Of a stretch of 64,000 nt of DNA, positions 39,468 through 51,812 are shown in pieces; the stretch's first letter is position 1; each line of letters starts with the position of its first letter. Under the pieces are notes generated by a model. It was not told where the DNA came from. It did not search any database and was given only the letters and a program-made list of their open reading frames with translations. Position numbers and translations under genes: made by a program. Source of the DNA: Alphaproteobacteria bacterium (lineage in GTDB: Bacteria; Pseudomonadota; Alphaproteobacteria; GM7ARS4; G965262615); assembly GCA_965262615.1 (NCBI GenBank), contig OZ253545.1, positions 640,001-704,000 of the forward strand. The letters are read 5' to 3'.

Positions 39468-40232
39468 ATGGGCAGCACTATGGTTATGACTTTTTACTCT
39501 TCTTTTGATCGTTTCATCATGCGTGTGGGAACACTCATCATTGTTGGTGTGATGATGGGTGGATTCATCGTTTCTGCTCATGCACAAACGCGGGAAATGT
39601 CCTATCCTCAATTGCGGGAAGGCACATATCTGACCCTCTTTGCGGGACCCTCTTTGTCTCATAGCGGCGTGGATAAAGCCATTGTCGGAACAGAGCGGCG
39701 AGAAGTCGCCTTCGTGCACGGCAATGACTACGGCGGATTTGGGGGAATCGCTTATGGAATCATGGAGAAGGATTTGTTCTATGGCGTTCGTCCTGAAATT
39801 GAATTCTCTTTGGCACAATACCAATTGCGTGATGCTCGTGCCGGTGACACCCGCACGCCCAATTTTGAGTCTCGCAGCTTGCGATTGATGATGAACGCTT
39901 ATTACGATTTGCCGTTTGATAATTTCGGCTATCTGCATTCTCTCTATGTGGGCACAGGAATCGGCTTTGCTTTTTATGACTTTGCCGAGCGTCGGGTGGC
40001 AGATTCCATTCGCAACCACACCGATCCGGAAGTCTTGTTTGGGTATCAGTTTATGGCGGGGGTGACCTTTGCTCTCAATGATCGGTTGGGGCTCAATGCG
40101 GGCTATCGCTATTTTTCCACCAACAATGCCTCTATTTTTTATCAAGCCGAGAACGAACTCGCAGAGACCGAGCTCAAGGAATTTGAATTGCACACCCACG
40201 CCATTGAACTGGGCGTGCGCTACGGGTTTTAA
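39468..40232 (+). CDS. Outer-membrane beta-barrel protein (opacity/Msp4-like), paralog 3
   Basis: RPEIEF, LMMNAYYD, YVGTGIG, FGYQFMAG, AGYRYF and C-terminal GVRYGF. The start may be 39519. Confidence 0.85.
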   Translation: MGSTMVMTFYSSFDRFIMRVGTLIIVGVMMGGFIVSAHAQTREMSYPQLREGTYLTLFAGPSLSHSGVDKAIVGTERREVAFVHGNDYGGFGGIAYGIMEKDLFYGVRPEIEFSLAQYQLRDARAGDTRTPNFESRSLRLMMNAYYDLPFDNFGYLHSLYVGTGIGFAFYDFAERRVADSIRNHTDPEVLFGYQFMAGVTFALNDRLGLNAGYRYFSTNNASIFYQAENELAETELKEFELHTHAIELGVRYGF

Positions 40233-40293
40233 TTCATCATGATTTTCTTGTGTGCTCCATGAATCATTGCTCATTGGAAGCGATGATGGGTGG

Positions 40294-40893
40294 ATGATGG
40301 GCGTTTTTTTTGTTATTATTTTGTCTCTTGTGTCCTCGTCTGTGTGGGGAGTGGGTGTCTCGCGCGATGAGAGTGGGGTGTATGATGGCACGATTTATGA
40401 TGCTCAAGGTTTCTACATGGGCGGTTTTACGGGGTATGTGATGGGAGACGATAATGCCATCAGTAATGATGGCATCAATGCGGGCGGCTTTGTGGGGTAT
40501 GGGCAATGGTTTCCTTTGCTTGATGATGATGATATTTATATGGGGTTGGAGTTTCGTCTGTCGCATTTTGACATGAGTTATCGTGATGGCGTTTCTGCCA
40601 CGCCGTTGCGTCTTCGTTATGTCTGGTCGGCGGTTTTTCGTGTGGGGCGTGTGGCTGCTTTTCGCGAGCCGTTGTTGTATTATGTGACGCTGGGGGCGGG
40701 GCGTGTGCGTTTGGCTCGTGATGGCATGAGTCGGCATCATGATGGGTTTGTGTGGGGAGCGGGCTTGCGCTTGCCGTTGCAGGATCGTTTGTATGTGAGG
40801 GGAGAGTATCAGTATTTGGATGGGGGAAGATTTTTGGGATACGATGTGGATGCGTTTCACTCATTTAATATGGGCATTTTGGTGCAATTTTGA
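40294..40893 (+). CDS. Outer-membrane beta-barrel protein, paralog 4
   Basis: GFYMGGFTGY, GGFVGY, GFVWGAG, RGEYQY and C-terminal GILVQF. Confidence 0.8.
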   Translation: MMGVFFVIILSLVSSSVWGVGVSRDESGVYDGTIYDAQGFYMGGFTGYVMGDDNAISNDGINAGGFVGYGQWFPLLDDDDIYMGLEFRLSHFDMSYRDGVSATPLRLRYVWSAVFRVGRVAAFREPLLYYVTLGAGRVRLARDGMSRHHDGFVWGAGLRLPLQDRLYVRGEYQYLDGGRFLGYDVDAFHSFNMGILVQF

Positions 40894-40917
40894 CTCAATT
40901 TTGACTCAATTTTGACT
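40885..40917. repeat. Tandem repeat, 3 x 11 bp (CAATTTTGACT)
   Basis: Directly visible. Spans the OMP stop codon and abuts the putative 16S promoter. Confidence 0.9.
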
Positions 40918-40918
40918 C

Positions 40919-40947
40919 TTGACCTTTTGCTCTGGATGGTCTAGGTG
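40919..40947 (+). promoter_or_regulatory. Putative 16S rRNA promoter
   Basis: TTGACC-N17-TAGGTG about 170 bp upstream of the 16S gene. The -10 lacks the -7T, as is common in alphaproteobacteria. Confidence 0.4.
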
Positions 40948-41119
40948 TCGTTATGGGAGTCCTCTGATGAGGGGGGTCTTTGCTGTGACGAATCGTGAAA
41001 AGGAATCGGTGGGCGGCGATCGGTGATGATCGTGACGCTCACATTCTATGTGCAAGCGTCAATGATTCTGTGTGTTGCATTTTGTGTGGCGCATGGGATT
41101 TTACAGCCGTACCGGCTGT

Positions 41120-42620
<1,501 letters not shown>

Positions 42621-42691
42621 AGAGTATGCCGGGGAGATACTATTCTCGGCTTGTCTGACAACATTGCCATCGCCGTCCGCCGATTCCTTTT

Positions 42692-42751
42692 CACAATTCC
42701 ATGGTCACAATTCCATGGTCACAATTCTATGGTCACAATTCTATGGTCACA
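42692..42751. repeat. Tandem repeat, 4 x 14 bp (CACAATTCYATGGT) plus a partial unit
   Basis: Directly visible, with no spacers. Begins within the 3' arm of the 16S processing stem. Confidence 0.92.
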
Positions 42752-42777
42752 CAATGTGTGAACAGACGGCGTGATGA

Positions 42778-43098
42778 CTAGCTCAGCAGTTGAACGGCAA
42801 GTGCCGCGATGATTGTCCCACAGACGAAAATTGTCTGTGCCCACAACAAACGCCACATTTTGCTTTCTTTCTCGGCGATGAGAGTGTGGGTCTCGGCGAT
42901 GAGGGTGTGTGTCTCGGCGATGAGAGATTTGACATCGGCGATGTCTTCTTTGGTGGCAAAATTGCGCGAGCGTTCATCAAGGCGAGCGATTTGCTCGGAA
43001 AGCACATTAAAGCCATCTTCAAGGGCTTTGATGCGCTCCTCGTGCTGTTGGAAATCTCTTTGACTCAGTTGCGTTTGTCTGTGTCCGTTGGTACTCAT
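42778..43098 (-). CDS. Coiled-coil membrane-anchored protein (CCDC90/DUF1640-like), copy 1
   Basis: Near-identical to 49743 and 50397. ATKEDI beta-layer-like motif, heptad repeats and a C-terminal TM helix. Confidence 0.8.
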   Translation of the reverse strand: MSTNGHRQTQLSQRDFQQHEERIKALEDGFNVLSEQIARLDERSRNFATKEDIADVKSLIAETHTLIAETHTLIAEKESKMWRLLWAQTIFVCGTIIAALAVQLLS

Positions 43099-43299
43099 GG
43101 GAGTGAAATTTATGGTATGATGGCATGATTGTCAAGAAGGGGCGGGATCTTTAACAATGGACAATCTGTCTGGTTTCTTTCTGAATACAAGACTCTTTTG
43201 TGGAAATAGGCAAGAGCCTCCCACTGGTGACTTCGTTAAGCTCGACAGTTTGAGTGAAGTTATCTTGTCAGCCCATTACTTTTTTTGCTAGTATGACGA

Positions 43300-43445
43300 T
43301 GCTCACATTCCGTGGACAGCCCGTGTCGGGTTTTTCGCTGAATACAAAACCAATACGGCGGTGTGTCGTTTGGTGCTCGTCGTGTAGGAAATAGGCGGAA
43401 CACTGTCCTTTCGGAGTGTGAGCAAGCCCGATCTATGTCGGGCTT
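43300..43445 (+). ncRNA. Putative structured leader or ncRNA upstream of the lipoprotein gene
   Basis: Long-range stem TGCTCACATTCCG..GGACAG / CTGTCC..CGGAGTGTGAGCA, followed by an AAGCCCGA/TCGGGCTT hairpin. Upstream TTGTCA-N18-TAGTAT. Confidence 0.45.
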
Positions 43446-43472
43446 AGCTCTAAACCTAGAAAGGAGTCAGTC

Positions 43473-43913
43473 ATGACTTATTGTGTTCAATTAGCGCGAC
43501 AGGCAGCTTTGCTGTTGGTCGCTATTTTATTGCTGAGCGGTTGCGCCAGCATTGTGAGTGGGTCAAAGCCCAATTTTGTCTCTCTCACATCGTCTCCCAC
43601 AGGGGCATCTTTTACCATTAACAACCAACAAGGGCGGGTGATTCACACAGGCACAACCCCTGCCTATCTTCCTCTCAAAGCCAGCGATGGATTTTTTGAT
43701 AGGGCAGACTACACCATCACCATGAGCAAAAAAGGCTATGCTGAAAAAACAATAACGCTGTCTGCTTCGCTGGATGGCTGGTATTTGGGTGGTAATCTTC
43801 TTTTGTTTGGCGCGGGCTTGTTGGGCTGGCTCATCATTGACCCCGCCACAGGAGCTATGTGGACGCTGGAAAATGAGACCGTCACTGTCTCCTTGCAACC
43901 CTTGACACCGTGA
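43473..43913 (+). CDS. Lipoprotein with a PEGA-like domain and C-terminal hydrophobic hairpin
   Basis: AAAGGAG SD, lipobox LSGC, S.P.GA...I, GTTP, KKGY and IIDPATGAMWTL. Confidence 0.85.
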   Translation: MTYCVQLARQAALLLVAILLLSGCASIVSGSKPNFVSLTSSPTGASFTINNQQGRVIHTGTTPAYLPLKASDGFFDRADYTITMSKKGYAEKTITLSASLDGWYLGGNLLLFGAGLLGWLIIDPATGAMWTLENETVTVSLQPLTP

Positions 43914-43994
43914 CGGCGTAACGATGCATCGTGTGATGATGAGGTGGAATGGTCATATGATGGTATCATCCACCTTTTAACAGGAGAACTGATC

Positions 43995-44159
43995 ATGGGT
44001 ATGGAAAAAGCAATCGCCTCATTGGTGATGGGTGTTGTGGGCATTTTGGCTGTCTATGGCATTGATGTCTCGGCGGGCATCGTTCAGACCGTCATTGTGG
44101 TGCTGAGCACGGCGGCGGTGTATGTTGTTCCTAACAGCACAAAGAAAAAAGCCTCCTAA
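43995..44159 (+). CDS. Small 2-TM holin-like peptide, copy 1 (54 aa)
   Basis: AGGAG SD. MGMEKAIASLVMGVVGILAVYG...AAVYVVPNSTKKKAS. Confidence 0.75.
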   Translation: MGMEKAIASLVMGVVGILAVYGIDVSAGIVQTVIVVLSTAAVYVVPNSTKKKAS

Positions 44160-44238
44160 AAGAAGTTCTTGCTTCTTTGCCGTTGGTGTGACTATCATGG
44201 ACGCTGTCTTTGATGTCACACCAACAGGAGAGTGAGCT

Positions 44239-44415
44239 ATGGATATGATCAAAGGAATGGAAAAAGCCGCCGTTGCCGCAGGCATTGGCTTGGTGGGATT
44301 GCTGATGGAATTTGGCATGATGGTGCCGGATATGATGTTGGATACCGTTGAAGTTATTGCCATCACGGCGGCGGTCTATATGATTCCCAACAGCAAAAAG
44401 AAAAAAACCTCCTAA
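44239..44415 (+). CDS. Small 2-TM holin-like peptide, copy 2 (58 aa; not in ORF track)
   Basis: AGGAG SD. MDMIKGMEKAAVAAGIGLVGLLMEFG...AAVYMIPNSKKKKTS. Confidence 0.75.
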   Translation: MDMIKGMEKAAVAAGIGLVGLLMEFGMMVPDMMLDTVEVIAITAAVYMIPNSKKKKTS

Positions 44416-44494
44416 AAGAAGTTCTTGCTTTTTTCTCTTTGGTATGATTACCATGGACGCTGTCTTTGATATCACACCAACAGGAGGGTGAGCT

Positions 44495-44662
44495 ATGGAC
44501 ATGATCAAAGGAGTGGAGAAAGCCTTGGTGGCAGGGGCTGTGGGGCTTTTGGCTACCTATGGCGTTGAGGTCTCGGGTGAAACGGAGCAATTGATAACAG
44601 CTCTTGTCAGCGCGGCATTGGTTTACCTCGTTCCCAACAGCAAAAAGAAGAAATCTTCGTAA
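44495..44662 (+). CDS. Small 2-TM holin-like peptide, copy 3 (55 aa; not in ORF track)
   Basis: AGGAGG SD. MDMIKGVEKALVAGAVGLLATYG...AALVYLVPNSKKKKSS. Confidence 0.75.
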   Translation: MDMIKGVEKALVAGAVGLLATYGVEVSGETEQLITALVSAALVYLVPNSKKKKSS

Positions 44663-44690
44663 AGGCGCGCGAGTCCCACGAAACATCTCA

Positions 44691-44720
44691 CGAGACATCT
44701 CACGAGGTGTCTTGTTTTTT
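44691..44720 (+). terminator. Putative intrinsic terminator after the small-peptide array
   Basis: CGAGACATCT-CACG-AGGTGTCTTG hairpin followed by T6, within imperfect 12-bp repeats (CACGARACATCT). Confidence 0.55.
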
Positions 44721-44754
44721 GCGGTAATTTGGGTCATAGTGGGTTATGGAAGAC

Positions 44755-44831
44755 GGGCTAGTAGCTCAGTTGGTTAGAGCGCGCGCTTGATAAGCGTGAG
44801 GTCGGAAGTTCAAGTCTTCCCTGGCCCACCA
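44755..44831 (+). tRNA. tRNA-Ile (GAT)
   Basis: GGGCTAGTAGCTCAGTTGGTTAGAGC...TTGATAA...GTTCAAGT...GGCCCACCA. Confidence 0.98.
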
Positions 44832-44853
44832 ATTTGATGATAAGGAGGTCATC

Positions 44854-45591
44854 ATGATGATAGGAAGTTCGAAAGTGACGATGCTTTTTGCCAGCGTGAT
44901 GTCGTTGATGCTGGCGGGATGTGCATCGGTGGCGACTCAGTCTCACATGTCATCCACGGTTTTTTTAGAGCCGGTATCCCCTGAGAAGCGGATTGTTTAT
45001 GTGCGTGTGCGCTCCACTGCCGACCGCAGGGGCATTGATTTGGATGCCGCGATTCGTCGTGGGATTCGTGAGGCGGGGTATCGCATCACGGATGATCCTG
45101 CCAAGGCTCATTTTTTGTTTCAAGCCAATGTCTTGAAAATCGGCGAGTTTGACCCGGACCAGGTGCGCAATTTTCTCGCTCAAGGCCCCACCAGTTTGAC
45201 GGGAACGGCGGCGGGCGTTGTGACGGGTCTGGCGGTGGCGGATGAATTGGGGGATCGCACGGGCGCAACGGCGGGTGCGGTGGCTGCGGGATTGGTTGCC
45301 GCCGCCATCGTTGAGGGCATTGCCAACTTGGTTTATGACGAAAAACTGTATGCCATCATCACCGATGTGGAGCTGGGGCAGAGAATCAAGGGCGGCATTG
45401 CCAGAGAACAGGCAGCCGCGACAAGACAGGGCGATTCGGCTGCTGAGGTGCAATATCGTGAAGGAAAAACCGATTGGTTGAAATTTCGCACACGGGTGGT
45501 AAGCACCGCCCGTGCCGTCAATACCCCTTGGGAAGAGGTGGCGGTGGAATTGCGAGATGGCTTGAGTCAATCCATTGGAGGCATGTTATAA
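44854..45591 (+). CDS. traT: Complement-resistance / surface-exclusion lipoprotein TraT
   Basis: AAGGAGG SD, lipobox LAGC, MS.TVFLEPVSP..R.VYV, GYRITDDP..AH...QANVL, Gly-zipper, ITDV and TRVVSTA. Confidence 0.9.
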   Translation: MMIGSSKVTMLFASVMSLMLAGCASVATQSHMSSTVFLEPVSPEKRIVYVRVRSTADRRGIDLDAAIRRGIREAGYRITDDPAKAHFLFQANVLKIGEFDPDQVRNFLAQGPTSLTGTAAGVVTGLAVADELGDRTGATAGAVAAGLVAAAIVEGIANLVYDEKLYAIITDVELGQRIKGGIAREQAAATRQGDSAAEVQYREGKTDWLKFRTRVVSTARAVNTPWEEVAVELRDGLSQSIGGML

Positions 45592-45593
45592 TC

Positions 45594-46016
45594 ATGAGTG
45601 ACATGATGAGCACCACCATTGTGTGGAGCATGGTCAATTGGGGCGGCGTGGCGGTGGCTGTGTTTGCCACTTTTGGCTTGGGCTTTTTGTGGTTTGGTGT
45701 CTGGTGTAGCAAGGCTTGGGCTGAGGACACTGGCATTGACATGAAAAAAGCGGAGCAACGCAGCATGGCTCTGCCCATGTCCCTTGAGGTGATGCAAAAC
45801 ATTGTGCAGGCGGTGTTGGTGGGGGTTGTGCTGTCGGTCTTTTCGTTTGCATCGTCTTTGACAATCATGACGCTGTATGGCGTTGCGGCGTCCTTGGGCA
45901 TTGCCGCGGGCAATTTGTGGCAAATGAAGCCGCTCCGTTTGACTGCCATTGTGGCGGGCGAATTCGTTGTGGCGTTGCTGCTGCGGGTGACCATTATTCG
46001 CCTTGTGGTTTTCTAA
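45594..46016 (+). CDS. DUF1761-like membrane protein
   Basis: NW..V.VA..A.F.LG.LW...K.W and four TM segments. Confidence 0.65.
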   Translation: MSDMMSTTIVWSMVNWGGVAVAVFATFGLGFLWFGVWCSKAWAEDTGIDMKKAEQRSMALPMSLEVMQNIVQAVLVGVVLSVFSFASSLTIMTLYGVAASLGIAAGNLWQMKPLRLTAIVAGEFVVALLLRVTIIRLVVF

Positions 46017-46037
46017 GCAATCATTTTTTGGCTTTTT

Positions 46038-46110
46038 GGGGGCGTAGCTCAGTTGGGAGAGCGCCTGCTTTGCAAGCAGGAGGTCGTCGGTTCAATCCCG
46101 TCCGCCTCCA
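46038..46110 (+). tRNA. tRNA-Ala (TGC), 3' CCA not encoded
   Basis: GGGGGCGTAGCTCAGTTGGGAGAGC...TTTGCAA...GGTTCAATCCC..CGCCTCCA, followed by CAA rather than CCA. Confidence 0.96.
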
Positions 46111-46181
46111 CAATTAGATGGTATGGAACTGGCGATAAAAAAAGTTCTTGTCTCTCTCTTTCTTTTGTTTCATGGCGTGGA

Positions 46182-46210
46182 TTGACTGTGTGCCTTGTCA
46201 TTGCTATAAT
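46182..46210 (+). promoter_or_regulatory. Near-consensus sigma70 promoter of the bor-like gene
   Basis: TTGACT-N17-TATAAT with a TGn extension. ATG lies 7 nt downstream, with no SD. Confidence 0.7.
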
Positions 46211-46217
46211 CCCCGCC

Positions 46218-46532
46218 ATGACAAACATGACAAAACATCTTTTGCTTATTTTTTGTGGCTTTGTGGTGCTGAGTGGCTGTTCTCGGCAGATGATTGACCT
46301 CACCTCGGTGGGGGATCGCTCTGGCGAGATTCTCAAGGAAAACAGCAGCAGTGATTTTTTTCTTGCGGGCTTTTTGCAGTCTCACACCATTGATGCGGTG
46401 CGTGTGTGTGGCGGCAGAGACAAGGTTGCCTATGTGGCGACGGTGACGGGTTTGCAAGATATATTTTGGTCGTTGATCACATTTGGTTTGTATGCGCCTC
46501 GTTCCTATGAGGTTTATTGCAAAAGATCGTGA
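46218..46532 (+). CDS. Bor/Iss-family lipoprotein
   Basis: Lipobox LSGC. FF.AG..Q..TIDA..VCGG..KV and ITFGLYAP....VYC match the lambda Bor pattern. Confidence 0.88.
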   Translation: MTNMTKHLLLIFCGFVVLSGCSRQMIDLTSVGDRSGEILKENSSSDFFLAGFLQSHTIDAVRVCGGRDKVAYVATVTGLQDIFWSLITFGLYAPRSYEVYCKRS

Positions 46533-46550
46533 TGTCTGGGGAAGCTCCCC

Positions 46551-46579
46551 TTGACAGGGAAGGCAATTGCCTATAGATA
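46551..46579 (+). promoter_or_regulatory. Putative dedicated 23S rRNA promoter
   Basis: TTGACA-N17-TAGATA about 250 bp upstream of the 23S gene. Confidence 0.6.
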
Positions 46580-46826
46580 ACATTCACCGTGAGAAGTCAG
46601 TGACAAATGAAGGCGCGCTTGTGTCTTTGTGGTTGGTGACTTTTCTTTTTTCGCGAGACGGGTGTTGTGGCATCTTTTTTGCGAAATGCTGTGAGACATC
46701 GTGAAGAGGCACAATGACGGCGCGAGCGTGATGAATGCTTGTTGCTGATTTGTTGTGCGGCGGATTCCGCATGGTGTGAGACGACATTTTTGATGATTGA
46801 TTCTCGCGCGTGACGGAAGGATTCAA

Positions 46827-49583
<2,757 letters not shown>

Positions 49584-49742
49584 ATTCTTTCGCACGCGTG
49601 AGAATCAATCATCTTAACACACCGAAGCCGCCGCCGCCTCTTCACGAATGCCTCTTTACGATCCTCTTGTGATTCATCGTTGTGCGGTCATGACACTGTC
49701 TCGCCTTGACAATCATGGCTTCATGCCATAGATTTCGCACCC

Positions 49743-50216
49743 ATGAGCACCAACGGACACAGACAAACGCACCCAAGTCAAAGCGATTTTCAGCGGCACG
49801 AAGAGCAAATCAAAGCTCTTGAGGAGGGCTTCAATGAGCTCTCCAGTCAAATCGCTCGCCTTGATGAACGCTCACACAATTTTGCCACCAAAGGAGACAT
49901 CGCCGATGTTAGATCTCTCATTGCCGATATCCACGCTCTCATGGCAAAAAACCAAGCAGAAACCCACACTCTTATTGCAAAAAACCAAACCGAAACCCTT
50001 ACCCTCATCGCCGATATCCACGCTCTCATGGCAAAAAACCAAGCAGAAACTCACGCTCTTATTGCAAAAAACCAAACCGAAACCCTTACCCTCATCGCCG
50101 AGACTCACACCCTCATCGCCGAGAAAGAAAGCAAAATGTGGCGTTTGTTGTGGGCACAGACCATTTTCATCTGTGGGTCAATCATCGCGGCACTTGCCGT
50201 TCAGCTGCTGAGCTAG
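49743..50216 (+). CDS. Coiled-coil membrane-anchored protein (CCDC90/DUF1640-like), copy 2
   Basis: ATKGDI motif, 7- and 11-aa repeats and a C-terminal TM helix. Promoter TTGACA-N17-TAGATT ends 8 nt before the ATG. Confidence 0.85.
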   Translation: MSTNGHRQTHPSQSDFQRHEEQIKALEEGFNELSSQIARLDERSHNFATKGDIADVRSLIADIHALMAKNQAETHTLIAKNQTETLTLIADIHALMAKNQAETHALIAKNQTETLTLIAETHTLIAEKESKMWRLLWAQTIFICGSIIAALAVQLLS

Positions 50217-50396
50217 TCATTATGTGCCACCCACACGGCACGCTTCACGCAAACTTGTGACAGGCTAAAAATAATAACTTTGCGGATGACATCATAATAT
50301 GACCATCGCCCCTCATGATGACAGAATTCATCGTTGTGCCGTCATGATACCGTCTCGCCTTGACAATCATGGCTTTATACCATAGATTTCGCACCC

Positions 50397-50837
50397 ATGA
50401 GCACCAACGGACACAGACAAACGCACCCAAGTCAAAGCGATTTTCAGCGGCACGAAGAGCAAATCAGAGCTCTTGAGGAGGGCTTCAATGAGCTCTCCAG
50501 TCAAATCGCTCGCCTTGATGAACGCTCGCACAATTTTGCCACCAAAGGAGACATCGCCGATGTTAAATCTCTCATTGCCGATATCCACGCTCTCATGGCA
50601 AAAAACCAAGCAGAAACCCACACTCTTATTGCAAAAAACCAAACCGAAACCCTTACCCTCATTGCCGAAACCCACGCTCTTATTGCAAAAAACCAAACCG
50701 AAACCCTTACCCTCATCGCCGAGACTCACACCCTCATCGCCGAGAAAGAAAGCAAAATGTGGCGTTTATTGTGGGCACAGACCATTTTCATCTGTGGGTC
50801 AATCATCGCGGCACTTGCCGTTCAGCTGCTGAGCTAG
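50397..50837 (+). CDS. Coiled-coil membrane-anchored protein (CCDC90/DUF1640-like), copy 3
   Basis: As copy 2, but 11 aa shorter. Confidence 0.85.
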   Translation: MSTNGHRQTHPSQSDFQRHEEQIRALEEGFNELSSQIARLDERSHNFATKGDIADVKSLIADIHALMAKNQAETHTLIAKNQTETLTLIAETHALIAKNQTETLTLIAETHTLIAEKESKMWRLLWAQTIFICGSIIAALAVQLLS

Positions 50838-50946
50838 TCATTATGTGCCACCCACACGGCACACTTCACGCAAACTTCTGACAGGCAAAAAATAATAACT
50901 TTGTGGATGACATCATAATATGACCATCGCCCCCCATGATGACAGG

Positions 50947-51720
50947 ATGATGCCTGTCATGAGCAAAATCTCTCGCAATGTGGTGTGCATGAAATGGGGG
51001 ACTCTCTACGACTCTCGCTATGTCAATCATTTGTATCGGGCGGTGCGGCGCAACTTGTCTTTGCCGCATCGTTTTATTTGTTTGACCGATGACGCATCGG
51101 GAATTGATGACGGCGTTGAGTGTTATCCTCTGCCGTCCATGGGCTTGTCGGCGGCGCGCCTCAAGCATGGCGGATTTCAAAAAATTGGCATTTTCAAGCG
51201 CGACCTGCATGACCTGCGAGGGGCGTGTCTTTTTTTGGATCTGGATGTGGTGATTGTGGGCTCATTGGATGATTTTTTCGCCATCAAGCCGCACGAATTG
51301 GTGGCGGTGCAGGAATGGCGCAAAGCGCGTGATTACATTTTATTGTGGCGGAAGCGTGGCGCGAATACATCGGTTTTTGCCTTTCATTGTGGTGAGCAGT
51401 GTCAGATTTATGATGAATTCATGGCGAATCAGGAGGAGAATTTTCGCCGTTTTCGCATTGAGCAGTATGTGGTGACTCATTATGCTCGTCATTTGCGTTA
51501 CTGGGATGGAGCTTGGGTGCGTTCGTTCAAGCGTGATTGCATGCCAACAATATCATGTAGACCGTTGGTGCGCGCTCCTCGTCTGCCTCGTGATGCTCGC
51601 ATTGTGGCGTTTCATGGCGTTCCCAATCCTGCCGAATTGGTGGCGGGCGGGCGATGGGGACGCCATTGGTGGCGCAGAGGATATGGCACGGTGGAGTGGG
51701 TCGCGCAGAACTGGCGATGA
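50947..51720 (+). CDS. Putative glycosyltransferase (DxD, GT-A fold)
   Basis: VVCMKWG..Y...YVN.LY..V.RNL, FICLTDD, LFLDLDVVI, NTSV and IVAFHG.PNP. Start is uncertain (50920-50959). Confidence 0.8.
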   Translation: MMPVMSKISRNVVCMKWGTLYDSRYVNHLYRAVRRNLSLPHRFICLTDDASGIDDGVECYPLPSMGLSAARLKHGGFQKIGIFKRDLHDLRGACLFLDLDVVIVGSLDDFFAIKPHELVAVQEWRKARDYILLWRKRGANTSVFAFHCGEQCQIYDEFMANQEENFRRFRIEQYVVTHYARHLRYWDGAWVRSFKRDCMPTISCRPLVRAPRLPRDARIVAFHGVPNPAELVAGGRWGRHWWRRGYGTVEWVAQNWR

Positions 51721-51812
51721 AAAGGCTCTTGCGTTTGTGTGTCTGATGGGTTATGGCTTGTGCCATCATAAGGTTCATTGTGAGCCAAACACGGTTTCAT
51801 GGGAGGTTAATC

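Larger units (their letters stand above)
49672..50945. repeat. Tandem duplication (654-bp unit plus a ~620-bp unit) of promoter, coiled-coil gene and downstream region
   Basis: ATTCATCGTTGTGC recurs at 49672 and 50326. The units differ mainly by a net 33 bp of coding repeat. Confidence 0.95.

Noticed and set aside
39459-40391. 310-aa minus-strand ORF, and minus-strand ORFs at 63209-63871 and 63313-63804
   Set aside because: Antisense shadows of OMP genes and of the giant lipoprotein.
42692-42751. Possible CRISPR array (the repeated spacers at 44160-44494 were also considered)
   Set aside because: The 14-bp units are contiguous with no spacers, the 44-kb repeats separate protein-coding paralogs, and there are no cas genes in the window.
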